From Nitrospirota bacterium (GTDB lineage Bacteria > Nitrospirota > Nitrospiria > Nitrospirales > Nitrospiraceae): a stretch of 28,804 bases of DNA. The notes beneath the pieces were generated by a model. The model was not told where the DNA came from, searched no databases, and worked only from the letters and a program-made list of their open reading frames with translations. A program made the translations under genes and the position numbers. The stretch's first letter is position 1. Each line of letters opens with the position of its first letter. The stretch spans positions 1 to 28,804 of the forward strand of contig JANOEZ010000010.1 of the NCBI GenBank assembly GCA_031413335.1, read 5' to 3'. Below, in pieces: positions 1-10,031 of this stretch.

Positions 1-4
1 CGGC

Positions 5-1567
5 GTGCTGGGGTTGAACGGATCGGGCAAAAGCTCGCTGCTCAAAATTATCGCCGGCATAGACAAGGACTATCTCGGCGAAGTGACGATGTCGAAGGGC
101 TATACGATCGGCCTGCTGGAGCAGGAACCGCAGCTCGACAAGAAAAAAACGGTCAAAGAGATCGTCGAGGAAGGCTGTAAGGAACTTGTCGCGATGCTGA
201 AGGAATACGAAGCCGTCAGCAATAAGCTCGGCGACTGCACGCCGGACGAAATGGAGAAGCTGCTGGAGAAACAGAGTTCGCTCCAGGAAAAAATCGAGGC
301 GGCCAACGGCTGGGAATTGGAGAACCATCTTGAATTGGCGATGGATGCGCTGCGCTGTCCACCGCCTGATGCCAAGATCGACGTCCTCTCCGGCGGCGAG
401 AAGCGGCGGGTTGCCCTGTGCCGCCTGATGATCCAGGAACCTGACATTCTGCTGCTCGACGAGCCGACCAACCATCTCGACGCCGAATCGGTCCAGTGGC
501 TCGAGCAGCATCTCCAGCAATACAAGGGCACCGTCATCGCCGTCACTCACGACCGCTACTTTCTCGACAACGCCGCCGGCTGGATTCTGGAATTGGACCG
601 CGGCCACGGCATTCCCTTCCAGGGTAACTATTCGTCCTGGCTCCAGCAAAAGCAGGAACGGCTGGCGAAGGAGGAAAAGGCCGAGGCGAAGAAGGCCAAG
701 GCTCTCGAGCGCGAGTTGGAATGGATTCGCATGACGCCGAAGGCGCGTCAGGCCAAGGGCAAGGCCCGTGTCACCAAGTACGAGGAGTTACTGGAGCAGA
801 AGGGCGAGAAGGTCGCCGAGGATTTGGAAATTTACATTCCGCCGGGCCCGCGTCTGGGCGATATCGTGGTCGAAGCCAAGGACCTCACCAAAGCCTATGG
901 CGACAAGCTGCTCTTTGAGAAGTTGAATTTTAATTTGCCCAAAGGCGGCATCGTTGGCGTGATCGGACCCAACGGCGCCGGCAAGACGACGCTCTTCCGC
1001 ATGATCATCGGCAAGGAGAAGCCGGACAGCGGTTCCATCAGGATCGGCGAGACGGTCACACTCGGCTACGTGGATCAGGACCGCACGCTGGACGCGACGA
1101 AAACCGTGTTCGAGGTGATTTCAGGCGGCCAGGATATCATCAAGCTTGGCAAGGTCGAGATCAATGGACGGGCCTATTGTTCGCGGTTCAATTTCAGCGG
1201 GACGGACCAGCAGAAGAAGGTCAAGGATCTTTCCGGCGGCGAGCGGAACCGCGTGCACCTGGCCCGCATGCTCAAGGAAGGGGCCAATCTCATTATCCTG
1301 GACGAGCCGACGAACGATCTGGATGTGAACACGCTGCGCGCGCTGGAGGAAGGACTGGAAAGATTCGGCGGCTGCGCCGTCGTGAGCAGCCACGACCGCT
1401 GGTTCCTCGACCGCGTCGCCACGCACATCCTGGCTTTCGAGGGCGACAGCAAAGTCATCTGGTACGAGGGCAATTACTCCGACTACGAAGCGGACCGCAA
1501 GAAGCGCCTCGGGAAGGATGCCGACCGTCCGCACCGGATCCGGTACAGGAAACTGACGAGAGGTTGA
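5..1567 (+). CDS. ettA: Energy-dependent translational throttle protein EttA (ABC-F ATPase), 5'-truncated by the window edge
   Basis: Two ABC ATPase domains and no TM segments: [27 protein letters not shown], then [27 protein letters not shown]. The inter-domain linker [22 protein letters not shown] and the C-terminal RIRYRKLTR are EttA-like. The frame is open at the window edge. Confidence 0.95.
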   Translation: MLGLNGSGKSSLLKIIAGIDKDYLGEVTMSKGYTIGLLEQEPQLDKKKTVKEIVEEGCKELVAMLKEYEAVSNKLGDCTPDEMEKLLEKQSSLQEKIEAANGWELENHLELAMDALRCPPPDAKIDVLSGGEKRRVALCRLMIQEPDILLLDEPTNHLDAESVQWLEQHLQQYKGTVIAVTHDRYFLDNAAGWILELDRGHGIPFQGNYSSWLQQKQERLAKEEKAEAKKAKALERELEWIRMTPKARQAKGKARVTKYEELLEQKGEKVAEDLEIYIPPGPRLGDIVVEAKDLTKAYGDKLLFEKLNFNLPKGGIVGVIGPNGAGKTTLFRMIIGKEKPDSGSIRIGETVTLGYVDQDRTLDATKTVFEVISGGQDIIKLGKVEINGRAYCSRFNFSGTDQQKKVKDLSGGERNRVHLARMLKEGANLIILDEPTNDLDVNTLRALEEGLERFGGCAVVSSHDRWFLDRVATHILAFEGDSKVIWYEGNYSDYEADRKKRLGKDADRPHRIRYRKLTRG

Positions 1568-1601
1568 AGGATTGCGCGATTCCTCAAGGGGGAATCGAAC
1601 C

Positions 1602-2267
1602 ATGGCCCGCCGAGCGTTCTTTGCGTTGTCGATCGCCTGTGCCAGTCTTGCCACGCTGTCCGTGGACGGAACGGCGTCCAACAACAAGCCCTCCCCGGAA
1701 GTCTGCACGATTTATCTTGTTCCGATCGGCTCGTTCTCCTCCCTGTCCTTGCCTGAGCTGGTCGCGTACTACCGGCAGGTGTACGGTGTGGTGATGGAAG
1801 TCTTATCGTCCGTCCCCGTTGAACCTGTGGCCATCAATCGGGAGCGGAGACAGTTGATCGCAGAAGAAGCGGTCGAACTCGTGAAGCAATTCTATCCCGA
1901 TCTGGCCGGAGATCCGTCGGTGTTGTTTATCGGACTCACAGACCACGACATGTACATTCGAAGCAAGAACTGGCGGTTTGCGTTTGCCTATCGGACACAG
2001 GGACGATTTGCCGTTGTCTCGACGTTCCGCATGAATCCGGTCACATTTAACCAGCGCCCCAACGGGACATTGCTCAGGACCCGTCTGCGAAAGATGCTCA
2101 CCAAACAACTCGGCCTTTACTACTTTGGGCTCCCGCAGCGGAGTGATCGGCAAAGCGCGTTGTTCGGACCGATAATGGGTCTTGACGATCTGGATAGTGT
2201 GGGAGAGGAATTTGATGCCGTTGACTGGGAAAGAATGAAGGAGACCACACGGACCTGTTCTCTGTGA
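1602..2267 (+). CDS. Secreted archaemetzincin (peptidase M54)-like protein lacking the zinc-binding residues
   Basis: ATG at 1602 after AAGGGGG, followed by a signal-like N-terminus (MARRAFFALSIACASLATL). GLTDHDMY, FAFA and GRFAVVSTFRM match archaemetzincin blocks, but the HELGHxFGLxHC region reads KQLGLYYFGLPQR. Confidence 0.7.
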   Translation: MARRAFFALSIACASLATLSVDGTASNNKPSPEVCTIYLVPIGSFSSLSLPELVAYYRQVYGVVMEVLSSVPVEPVAINRERRQLIAEEAVELVKQFYPDLAGDPSVLFIGLTDHDMYIRSKNWRFAFAYRTQGRFAVVSTFRMNPVTFNQRPNGTLLRTRLRKMLTKQLGLYYFGLPQRSDRQSALFGPIMGLDDLDSVGEEFDAVDWERMKETTRTCSL

Positions 2268-2282
2268 AAAGAACTCCCCTCG

Positions 2283-2663
2283 TCAGGTTCCTTCCAAAAA
2301 CAGCACCCGCCGTTTGCCGTCCCGATCGCGCTGGATGGTCATGCGAATGATCGTTCTTTTCGGGAAGGCCTTGAGTATCGCGAACATCTCGGGGCTTGCC
2401 GGATAGACGACGAACTGCCGCTGGTCCGATATCGAGAGCCACTGGCGGCCGTCGTGGACCCTGAGCCATTCGATCCACAGCGCGTCGTCGTAGGTGTCGA
2501 GGTACAGCACGCGGCCTTCGATGCGGGTCGCATAGTCGAACCGCATCTGCGTGATGGGCACTTCGATTTCAGGCGGGAGATCGCCGGGCTGGAGCGGCTC
2601 CTGCGGCTGACCGGAAACCGGCAGTACGATGAGCAGCCCCGAGAGTAGAAGCAACCAGCGCAT
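2283..2663 (-). CDS. Hypothetical secreted protein (about 126 aa)
   Basis: Start moved to the ATG at 2663, which gives a signal peptide (MRWLLLLSGLLIVLPVSG). A TATAAT lies 6 nt upstream. No family recognised. Confidence 0.75.
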   Translation of the reverse strand: MRWLLLLSGLLIVLPVSGQPQEPLQPGDLPPEIEVPITQMRFDYATRIEGRVLYLDTYDDALWIEWLRVHDGRQWLSISDQRQFVVYPASPEMFAILKAFPKRTIIRMTIQRDRDGKRRVLFLEGT

Positions 2664-2669
2664 GCCCCG

Positions 2670-2675
2670 ATTATA
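2670..2675 (-). promoter_or_regulatory. -10 box (TATAAT) for the 2663 gene, probably leaderless
   Basis: The minus strand reads TATAAT-CGGGGC-ATG, placing the A of the start codon at the expected +1. Confidence 0.55.
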
Positions 2676-2713
2676 GCTAATGAACAAAGCCTTTCCTTGC
2701 GAAAGCCGCGCGA

Positions 2714-2743
2714 TGTTATAATGCCATAACGTTAGAATGGCGT
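2714..2743 (+). promoter_or_regulatory. Extended -10 promoter and candidate operator of the toxin-antitoxin operon
   Basis: TGTTATAAT at 2714-2722. An imperfect inverted repeat ATGCCAT (2721-2727) / ATGGCGT (2737-2743) overlaps it, with an AACGTT palindrome in the spacer. RHH antitoxins typically autoregulate through such sites. Confidence 0.45.
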
Positions 2744-2765
2744 AATGCATGGAAAGGGGGCACCG

Positions 2766-2996
2766 ATGGCCACCGATACGAGAACGACGGTCTATCTTAA
2801 GCCGAAGGTCTATCGCGCCTTAAAGGTCAAAGCCGCGACGACTGATCGGTCCATTTCCGAACTCGTCAACACAGCCGTGCTTGAGGCGTTCAGAGAGGAT
2901 GCACTCGACTTGGAGGCGTTCGAGAAGCGGAGCAAGGAGCCGTCTCGTTCATTTGAGAAAGTGCTCGAGGACCTGAAGCGTGACGGGCTCCTATAG
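2766..2996 (+). CDS. Ribbon-helix-helix (CopG-like) antitoxin
   Basis: RTTVYL beta-strand followed by two helices (KVYRALKVKAA, SISELVNTAV) and an acidic C-terminus. Purine-rich SD before ATG 2766; overlaps the downstream toxin gene. Confidence 0.85.
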   Translation: MATDTRTTVYLKPKVYRALKVKAATTDRSISELVNTAVLEAFREDALDLEAFEKRSKEPSRSFEKVLEDLKRDGLL

Positions 2997-3243
2997 CCTC
3001 GTCATCAAGAAGTCGGCTGAGCGTGAGTTGCGGAAGGTCCCCAAAGAGGACATGCGCCGCATCACCGATCGCATTCGAGAGTTGACTCAGAATCCTCGTC
3101 CTGTCGGAAACGAAAAACTCTCCGGTCAGGATCGGTATCGAGTCCGTCAAGGCGATTACCGAATTGTGTACGCCGTCGATGATGAACGACGAGTCGTCGA
3201 GGTGGTTAAAATCGGCCACCGTCGCGAAGTCTATCGGAGGTAA
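2980..3243 (+). CDS. relE: Type II toxin, RelE/ParE family (RelE-like)
   Basis: 87 aa with YSLVIKKSAEREL, KLSG..RYRVRQGDYRIVY and VEVVKIGHRREVY, the typical RelE pattern. GTG start overlaps the antitoxin 3' end. Confidence 0.92.
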   Translation: MTGSYSLVIKKSAERELRKVPKEDMRRITDRIRELTQNPRPVGNEKLSGQDRYRVRQGDYRIVYAVDDERRVVEVVKIGHRREVYRR

Positions 3244-3249
3244 AATCCC

Positions 3250-3510
3250 GTGCTTAACCCTCTCGCCTTTGCCAACGCCATCGCCATCACGACCGCCGCG
3301 CTGACCGTCTTTCTCTGGGCCCTGCGGTTTCTCCTGCCGTCGTTCTTCACCTTCTTCTTCAATGCGCAGTTTTTCGGCGCTGACGTCGCCTCGCTGCTGC
3401 CAAAGGATGTGAACCTGCTGCTCATGCTGGCCGAGCTTGTCGCGCTCCTCGCCGGCGCCTGGGGCATTGGTTTCATGTGGGCCACTTTGTACAATCGTTT
3501 GGCGAAATGA
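3250..3510 (+). CDS. Small membrane protein (DUF5676-like)
   Basis: 86 aa with two hydrophobic helices. The LNPLAFANA start and ATLYNRL end resemble DUF5676 from memory; no search was run. Its stop overlaps the next start (ATGA). Confidence 0.7.
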   Translation: MLNPLAFANAIAITTAALTVFLWALRFLLPSFFTFFFNAQFFGADVASLLPKDVNLLLMLAELVALLAGAWGIGFMWATLYNRLAK

Positions 3511-4217
3511 AAGTCGAACAACTCGGCGGGCTGAAAGTTCGTCTGACCGGCGGTACGGATGGCCGAGGCGGCGGCGACGGCCCGGTCGTTGTCCTACTGC
3601 ACGGGTGGGGCGCGCCGGGCGACGACCTGGTGCCGCTTGGGCAGGAAATTGCCGCACCGCGCGGGACGCGCTTCGTCTTTCCCGAAGCGCCGCTATCTCT
3701 GCAGATGGGCTTCGGCGATTCCCGCGCCTGGTGGATGCTGGATCTTGAACAACGTCAGCGCGAGATCGCTGCTGGCCGCGCGCGCGATCTCTCACGCAAG
3801 GTCCCGGAGGGATTGGCTGAGGCGCGGACCAAGGTGATTGCGCTGCTCGACGAACTAGAGCGCCGTCTCGGCGCGAAGCCGATCGTTCTTGGCGGTTTCT
3901 CGCAAGGCGCGATGCTGGCTTGTGATGTGGCGTTGCACACCGGCAAACCGTTGGCTGGCTTGGTCATGTTGTCCGGAACCCTGCTGGCAGCGGATGAGTG
4001 GACGCCGCTGATGCCGAAGCGAAAAGGGCTGAAGGTGTTTCAGAGCCACGGCAGCATGGACCAACTGCTTCCGTCCTTCATGGCCGAGTCATTGCGCGAT
4101 CTGCTCACTCAAGCGGGGCTGTCGGTCGAATGGGTGGGCTTTCGGGGCGGACACGAGATTCCAGGCGTAGTGCTTGAGAAGCTGGGCGGGTTTCTTCGGG
4201 CCGTGCTCGCGCACTAA
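3507..4217 (+). CDS. Phospholipase/carboxylesterase (alpha/beta hydrolase)
   Basis: VVLLHGWG, RFVFPEAP, nucleophile motif GGFSQG, HGSMDQLL (Asp) and GGHEI (His). ATGA overlap with the upstream gene supports the start at 3507. Confidence 0.92.
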   Translation: MKVEQLGGLKVRLTGGTDGRGGGDGPVVVLLHGWGAPGDDLVPLGQEIAAPRGTRFVFPEAPLSLQMGFGDSRAWWMLDLEQRQREIAAGRARDLSRKVPEGLAEARTKVIALLDELERRLGAKPIVLGGFSQGAMLACDVALHTGKPLAGLVMLSGTLLAADEWTPLMPKRKGLKVFQSHGSMDQLLPSFMAESLRDLLTQAGLSVEWVGFRGGHEIPGVVLEKLGGFLRAVLAH

Positions 4218-4281
4218 CGACGCTTCACGGACGACAGGCTCACGGCCCCGAGTCATGTCGAAGGGCGAACGACGAGATACG
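4216..4281. repeat. Degenerate heptamer repeats (single orientation) between the convergent esterase and SulP genes
   Basis: AACGACG-CTTCACG-GACGACA (4216-4236) and AAGGGCG-AACGACG-AGATACG (4261-4281). No clear complementary arm. Confidence 0.45.
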
Positions 4282-4294
4282 CGTTCTTCCACGC

Positions 4295-5884
4295 TTACCG
4301 CGGCCACACACGATCGAACCATCGGCTCATCGACGTCCGTTTGCCGGCCCGGATCTGGTAGGACTTGGCCTTCAGTTTGACCCAGTCAACCGTGACGTGC
4401 CCGCCCTTCTGTTCGTGCAGCTTTTTCCAGGACTCCAGAAGATTCAAGCAGGCATGGTCGATGTGCCGCAGGGATTCGAAATGGACCCGCACCTCCACCC
4501 CCGGCGGGATGTCTTCCAGCGCGGTGGCCAGCTTGGGCAGGCTGACGAAGGTGGCGATGCCCATAAAGTGCAGGTTGTAGATGACGGTGCCGCCGCCGTC
4601 GGCCTGATCGAGACGGGTTTCCAGATACTGGGTCGCGTAGAGCAGCTTGCCGATGGCCAGTCCGACGCCTACCAGCACGCCGGTGAGCAGATTGGTGGCG
4701 ACGATCACCCCCATCGTGCCGATATAAATGAGCACCTCGCTCCGCCCATAGACCTTCAGTTCCTTGATCACCGCAATGTTCATCAGCTTGTAGCCGGTGA
4801 AGACGAGAATCGCGCCGAGGCAGGCGGTGGGAATCAATCGTAGCACGAAGGGGAGGAAGGCGACGAAGAGCAACAGCCAGGCGCCGTGGATGATGGCCGA
4901 GGCGCGCGTGTGCGCGCCGGCCTGGACATTGGCCGAGCTGCGCACGATCACGCCGGTCATCGGCAGGGCTCCCAGGAAACCGCACAGCGCGTTGCCCACG
5001 CCCTGGGAGAACAGTTCCTTGTTGTAGCGCGTGCGCGGGCCGGAATGCAGTTGGTCCACGGCGGTCGCGGACAAGAGGGTTTCCACGCTTGCGATGAAGG
5101 CTATGGCCAGCGCGGCCGAGAGCAGCGACGTATCCGTCAGGTGCGTCAGGCTTTCGAGTTTGGGAAGCTCGATGATGGTCAGCAGATTGTCGCGCACCTT
5201 CACGTGGCTGATCGGCAAGTCGTAGTAAACCGTCGCAACGGTTGCGAGCACGACGCCGATCAGCACGCCAGGAACGGCCTGTAACTTCTTCGGGATGAAT
5301 TTGTTCCAGAGCATAATCGTCACGATGGTCAGCACGCCGATTGCCGCCGCCTCCTGGTGCGCGGGCCCGTTGCCGGACGGCGCGACCGCTTTCCAGATCC
5401 CCGCCGGGATACTGAGGATGTTTTCGAGGCCGTTGGCGCGCGGCGCGTCGTCGATCATAATGTGAAACTGGCTGGCGAGGATCATCAGGCCGATGCCGGA
5501 CAGCATGCCGTGAATCACTGCCGGGGAAACGGCACGGAACCACTGCCCTAACTGCAGCCAGGCCGCGCTCATCTGAATGACGCCGGCCGCCAGGATGATG
5601 ATGCCCAGCTTCTCCATCCCGTAGGTTTGGATATATTGCCAGACGATCACGCTCAAGCCCGCGGCCGGGCCGCTGACTTGCAGGGGACAGCCGGCGAGCG
5701 CTCCCACAACCAGCCCGCCGATGATGCCGGTGATGATGCCGGCGGCCGGCGGCGCGCCCGAGGCGACCGCGATGCCCATGCACAGGGGGAGCGCAACGAG
5801 AAAGACGACGACGGAGGCTAAGAGATCGTGCCTGAGATCGCCGAGGAAGGAATAGGGACCGGTCGGCTTCGAATCCATAGACAA
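4295..5884 (-). CDS. SulP/SLC26 family anion transporter
   Basis: DLLASVVVFLVALPLCMGIAVASG, QVSGPAAG, GALPMTGVIVRSSAN and many TM helices, with a C-terminal STAS-like region. The substrate cannot be determined from sequence. Confidence 0.93.
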   Translation of the reverse strand: MSMDSKPTGPYSFLGDLRHDLLASVVVFLVALPLCMGIAVASGAPPAAGIITGIIGGLVVGALAGCPLQVSGPAAGLSVIVWQYIQTYGMEKLGIIILAAGVIQMSAAWLQLGQWFRAVSPAVIHGMLSGIGLMILASQFHIMIDDAPRANGLENILSIPAGIWKAVAPSGNGPAHQEAAAIGVLTIVTIMLWNKFIPKKLQAVPGVLIGVVLATVATVYYDLPISHVKVRDNLLTIIELPKLESLTHLTDTSLLSAALAIAFIASVETLLSATAVDQLHSGPRTRYNKELFSQGVGNALCGFLGALPMTGVIVRSSANVQAGAHTRASAIIHGAWLLLFVAFLPFVLRLIPTACLGAILVFTGYKLMNIAVIKELKVYGRSEVLIYIGTMGVIVATNLLTGVLVGVGLAIGKLLYATQYLETRLDQADGGGTVIYNLHFMGIATFVSLPKLATALEDIPPGVEVRVHFESLRHIDHACLNLLESWKKLHEQKGGHVTVDWVKLKAKSYQIRAGKRTSMSRWFDRVWPR

Positions 5885-5886
5885 CG

Positions 5887-6267
5887 CTAGTCCGCCGCCT
5901 TCACGCTGTCCACGAAATAACTGGTCTCGCCGAAACAGGTCGAGGGCAGATAGCGGAGCTCCCGGTAGTGCACCACAACCTTCTTGCCCAAGAGGCCGTT
6001 GATCTGGGAGGCGAGGAGGTCATCCCATATTCTGACGCTGAACGTCCAGATCACCGGCGCTACGCCGGGCACGGTGGTCATGGCCAGTTCGCCCTCGTAG
6101 GTCTTGCAGATCCAGCCCTTGCGCGAGAGTTTCTGGAGATACCCGGCCCGGTCGCCGTCCGAATAGCTCCAATTGAAGATGAAGAACAGATATCCGGCGG
6201 CCGCGAGGAGCAGCAACGCTGCAACCCACTTGAGCTTCGGGAGCAGAAAAAGTTTGAGCCAGTTCAT
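5887..6267 (-). CDS. Conserved membrane-anchored hypothetical protein
   Basis: One N-terminal TM segment, then YSDGDRAGYLQKLSRKGWICKTYEGELAM and VVVHYRE...CFGETSYFV, a widespread uncharacterised family recalled from memory. Confidence 0.85.
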   Translation of the reverse strand: MNWLKLFLLPKLKWVAALLLLAAAGYLFFIFNWSYSDGDRAGYLQKLSRKGWICKTYEGELAMTTVPGVAPVIWTFSVRIWDDLLASQINGLLGKKVVVHYRELRYLPSTCFGETSYFVDSVKAAD

Positions 6268-6275
6268 GGTGATGA

Positions 6276-6901
6276 TCAGCGCGCCGTAAGATCGGTGAAC
6301 AACCAGGGCGCTTCGGTCTTGCGTGTCTTCTCGTAGGCCGCGATGGCCGAAGCATGCTGGAGACTGAGGCCGATGGCATCCAATCCTTTATAGAGGCAGT
6401 CCTTCCGGAACGGATCGATGTCAAAACGGTATTGTGCGCCGCCCGGCGCTGCGACAGTCTGCGCGGCGAGATCCACGGTCAGTTGATAGCCTTCATTCAT
6501 TGCTCCCTTGAACAGCGCCTGGACGTCGTCGGCTTTCAGCACGACCGGAAGAATGCCGTTCTGAAAACAATTGTTATAGAAAATGTCTGCGAAGCTCGGT
6601 GCGATGACGCAGCGAAAACCCTGATCGAGCAGGGCCCACGGAGCATGTTCCCTGGAAGACCCGCAACCGAAGTTGTCGCGCGTCAGTAAGATGGCCGCGC
6701 TCTTGTAACGTGGCTGGTTCAGGAAAAAATCAGGATCTTGCGATCCGTCTTTCTTCCGTCGCCAGTCATAGAACAGGCCTTCGCTCAAGCCTGTGCGCTT
6801 GATCGTTTTCAGGAACTGTTTGGGGATGATCTGGTCCGTGTCCACGTTGACGCGATCGAGCGGAGCGACGAGGCCGGTGAGCGTCGTAAAGGGCTGCATG
6901 G

Positions 6902-6905
<4 letters not shown>
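6276..6905 (-). CDS. leuD: 3-isopropylmalate dehydratase small subunit
   Basis: [28 protein letters not shown] and SFADIFYNN. The ATG at 6905 overlaps the leuC stop (ATGA); the longer ORF-track extension lies inside leuC. Confidence 0.98.
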
Positions 6906-8305
<1,400 letters not shown>

Positions 8306-8334
8306 GGGCGTTCCTGGAACTGAAACGAGCGGGC

Positions 8335-8343
8335 AGTATAACA
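8335..8343 (-). promoter_or_regulatory. Extended -10 promoter of leuC
   Basis: The minus strand reads TG-T-TATACT, 29 nt upstream of the leuC ATG. Confidence 0.55.
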
Positions 8344-8464
8344 GGTTCCACTCGCCGTCCGAAAGCGACACGGCGTCACGAATGAACGCAGACGGGCGCG
8401 CTCCGTCATCATCGGAGAGGCGCGGTAAAGTTTTCCGCACGGGTATCCGATGCGTGTCACCCGC

Positions 8465-8656
8465 ATGACTCGCGAACTCACCATCGACCGCATCAGCATT
8501 CGCCGCTGGACCATCCAGCGCGAAGCCCTGCCGCCGTTCTGCCCGGATTGCGAGTCGCGAGTCGTGCGGGTGACGACGGACGACCGGCGTGTTTTTTTCT
8601 GTTCCTGCCAGATCCTGGCGGATGAATACCTGCCCGGGCGGCGCGTCATCGACTGA
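8465..8656 (+). CDS. Small cysteine-motif (putative zinc-binding) protein
   Basis: 63 aa (alternative ATG at 8450) with CPDC and CSC. Third codon positions are mostly G/C like neighbouring genes, and it fills an otherwise empty intergenic space. No clear SD. Confidence 0.55.
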   Translation: MTRELTIDRISIRRWTIQREALPPFCPDCESRVVRVTTDDRRVFFCSCQILADEYLPGRRVID

Positions 8657-8786
8657 GCCTCAATCGATCCCATTGTTCCTCGTTCATTCCCCTGCCGCGT
8701 GACGGAACTGCTCCTGCAAATCCGATCTGGCATCCTCCACGAAGAATAGTTAGAATGCTATCCTCTTTGGGACGCCACAGGCAGGT

Positions 8787-10010
8787 ATGAACGATCTGAC
8801 CGACACCGCACACAGCTGTCTCGCGCAATGCGTGCGCGCATCGGCCTGCGGGCTGATCGGGCTGGGCCTGCTGCTATCGTCGTGTACGACGCCACCCCCG
8901 CCACCCCCGCCGCCTCCGCCAGAACCCGTTCCCATCGCGGCTCCCGAACCTGCCCCGGAACCGCCGCGCAAGAAGGCGCTGCCACCGAAGCGGCTCGTGA
9001 TGACACCGGAAATGGATGAGCGACTGGCCAAACCACTGCTCCTGCTGCTGGAGCGGGACGCTCAGATTCAGAATCTGGACAAGAAGCTGGACGAGGCGAT
9101 GCAGGAAACCGTGCGCAGCAAGGCCAAGCTCGCCAGCCAGGAAAGCCGCGCTGAAGCCGCCACCAATCTCGCCGAGGCGGAAGTGGCGCTGAAGACGCTC
9201 AAGAGTGCCGTCCAGGGCCTGGAGAAGCGGCCGGAGTATGGACATGTGGTCCAGTTTATGAAGACCAGCGCGGAAGAACTCAAAAAAGAAAACTACGGGG
9301 GCTCGCTCTATCTGACCAATCAGATCAAGACCCGATTGAGGGAGCTGCAGGACAGGGTCGAGAGCGAGCAGACGGACAAGTCCGGCACGGCCGCGTCGAA
9401 TCGATCGTCCGCGTCATCGGAGTTCGACGTCAAGCTGGCCAGGTTCCAGGCACTGCTGTCCGAGAAGGACGCGCAGGCGCAGAAACTGCAGCGGAAACTC
9501 GACGACACGATTCAGGAAACGGTCCGCACCAAGTCCAAGCTCCGGAGCCAGGAAAATAAAGCGGAAGCCGCGTCCAATTTTGCCGAAGCGGAAACGGCGC
9601 TGAAGACGCTCAAAGATTCCCTGCCGGGTTCGGACAAGCGGCCTGAGATTGCCCGGGCGAATGCGTTGATGAAAATGAGCGCCGAGGAGCTCAAGAAGGA
9701 AAATTTCAGCGGCACGCTCTACGCGACCAATCAGGTCAAGGCTATTCTGAAGGACATCCAGGACCATGCACAGGGGCGCGAGAAACTGACGCCGGTGGAC
9801 GGAGAGGTGCTCCTCGCCCTGCCGTTGTCGATCAAGATTGTCGCGTCCGGGAAAGTCCGCGAGCGTCCTGCCGCCGACGCTGCTGTTGCCTGGTCCGTCG
9901 AGCGGGGCGCGTCGCCGACCGCGGTTTCGTACAAGGGCTCGTGGATTCGCGTGAAGGGAGAGGGCGACCGGTGGGGCTGGATGTTCTACAACCTGGTCGC
10001 CAATCCGTAA
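8787..10010 (+). CDS. Lipoprotein with poly-Pro linker, duplicated helical domain and C-terminal SH3b-like domain
   Basis: Lipobox LSSC (Cys33), 10 consecutive Pro and two aligned 102-aa repeats. The C-terminus VRERPAADAAV...SYKGSWIRVKGEGDRWGWMFYNLV matches the bacterial SH3 pattern. Confidence 0.85.
   Translation: MNDLTDTAHSCLAQCVRASACGLIGLGLLLSSCTTPPPPPPPPPPEPVPIAAPEPAPEPPRKKALPPKRLVMTPEMDERLAKPLLLLLERDAQIQNLDKKLDEAMQETVRSKAKLASQESRAEAATNLAEAEVALKTLKSAVQGLEKRPEYGHVVQFMKTSAEELKKENYGGSLYLTNQIKTRLRELQDRVESEQTDKSGTAASNRSSASSEFDVKLARFQALLSEKDAQAQKLQRKLDDTIQETVRTKSKLRSQENKAEAASNFAEAETALKTLKDSLPGSDKRPEIARANALMKMSAEELKKENFSGTLYATNQVKAILKDIQDHAQGREKLTPVDGEVLLALPLSIKIVASGKVRERPAADAAVAWSVERGASPTAVSYKGSWIRVKGEGDRWGWMFYNLVANP
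9051..9767 (+). repeat. Intragenic duplication: 9051-9356 and 9462-9767
   Basis: Two 306-nt units align without gaps. A manual count gives about 61 of 102 identical residues (e.g. QETVR.K.KL.SQE..AEAA.N.AEAE.ALKTLK and SAEELKKEN..G.LY.TNQ). Confidence 0.95.
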
Positions 10011-10031
10011 CGAACGGGATGTGGCGACGGC

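Noticed and set aside
8306-8464. Leucine attenuator or leader peptide upstream of leuC
   Set aside because: No Leu-rich short ORF or terminator. The likely promoter is only 29 nt from the start codon.
8890-8921. Poly-proline codon run as a phase-variable repeat
   Set aside because: Codons are mixed (CCA/CCC/CCG/CCT) and the repeat unit is 9 nt, in frame, so slippage would alter linker length only.
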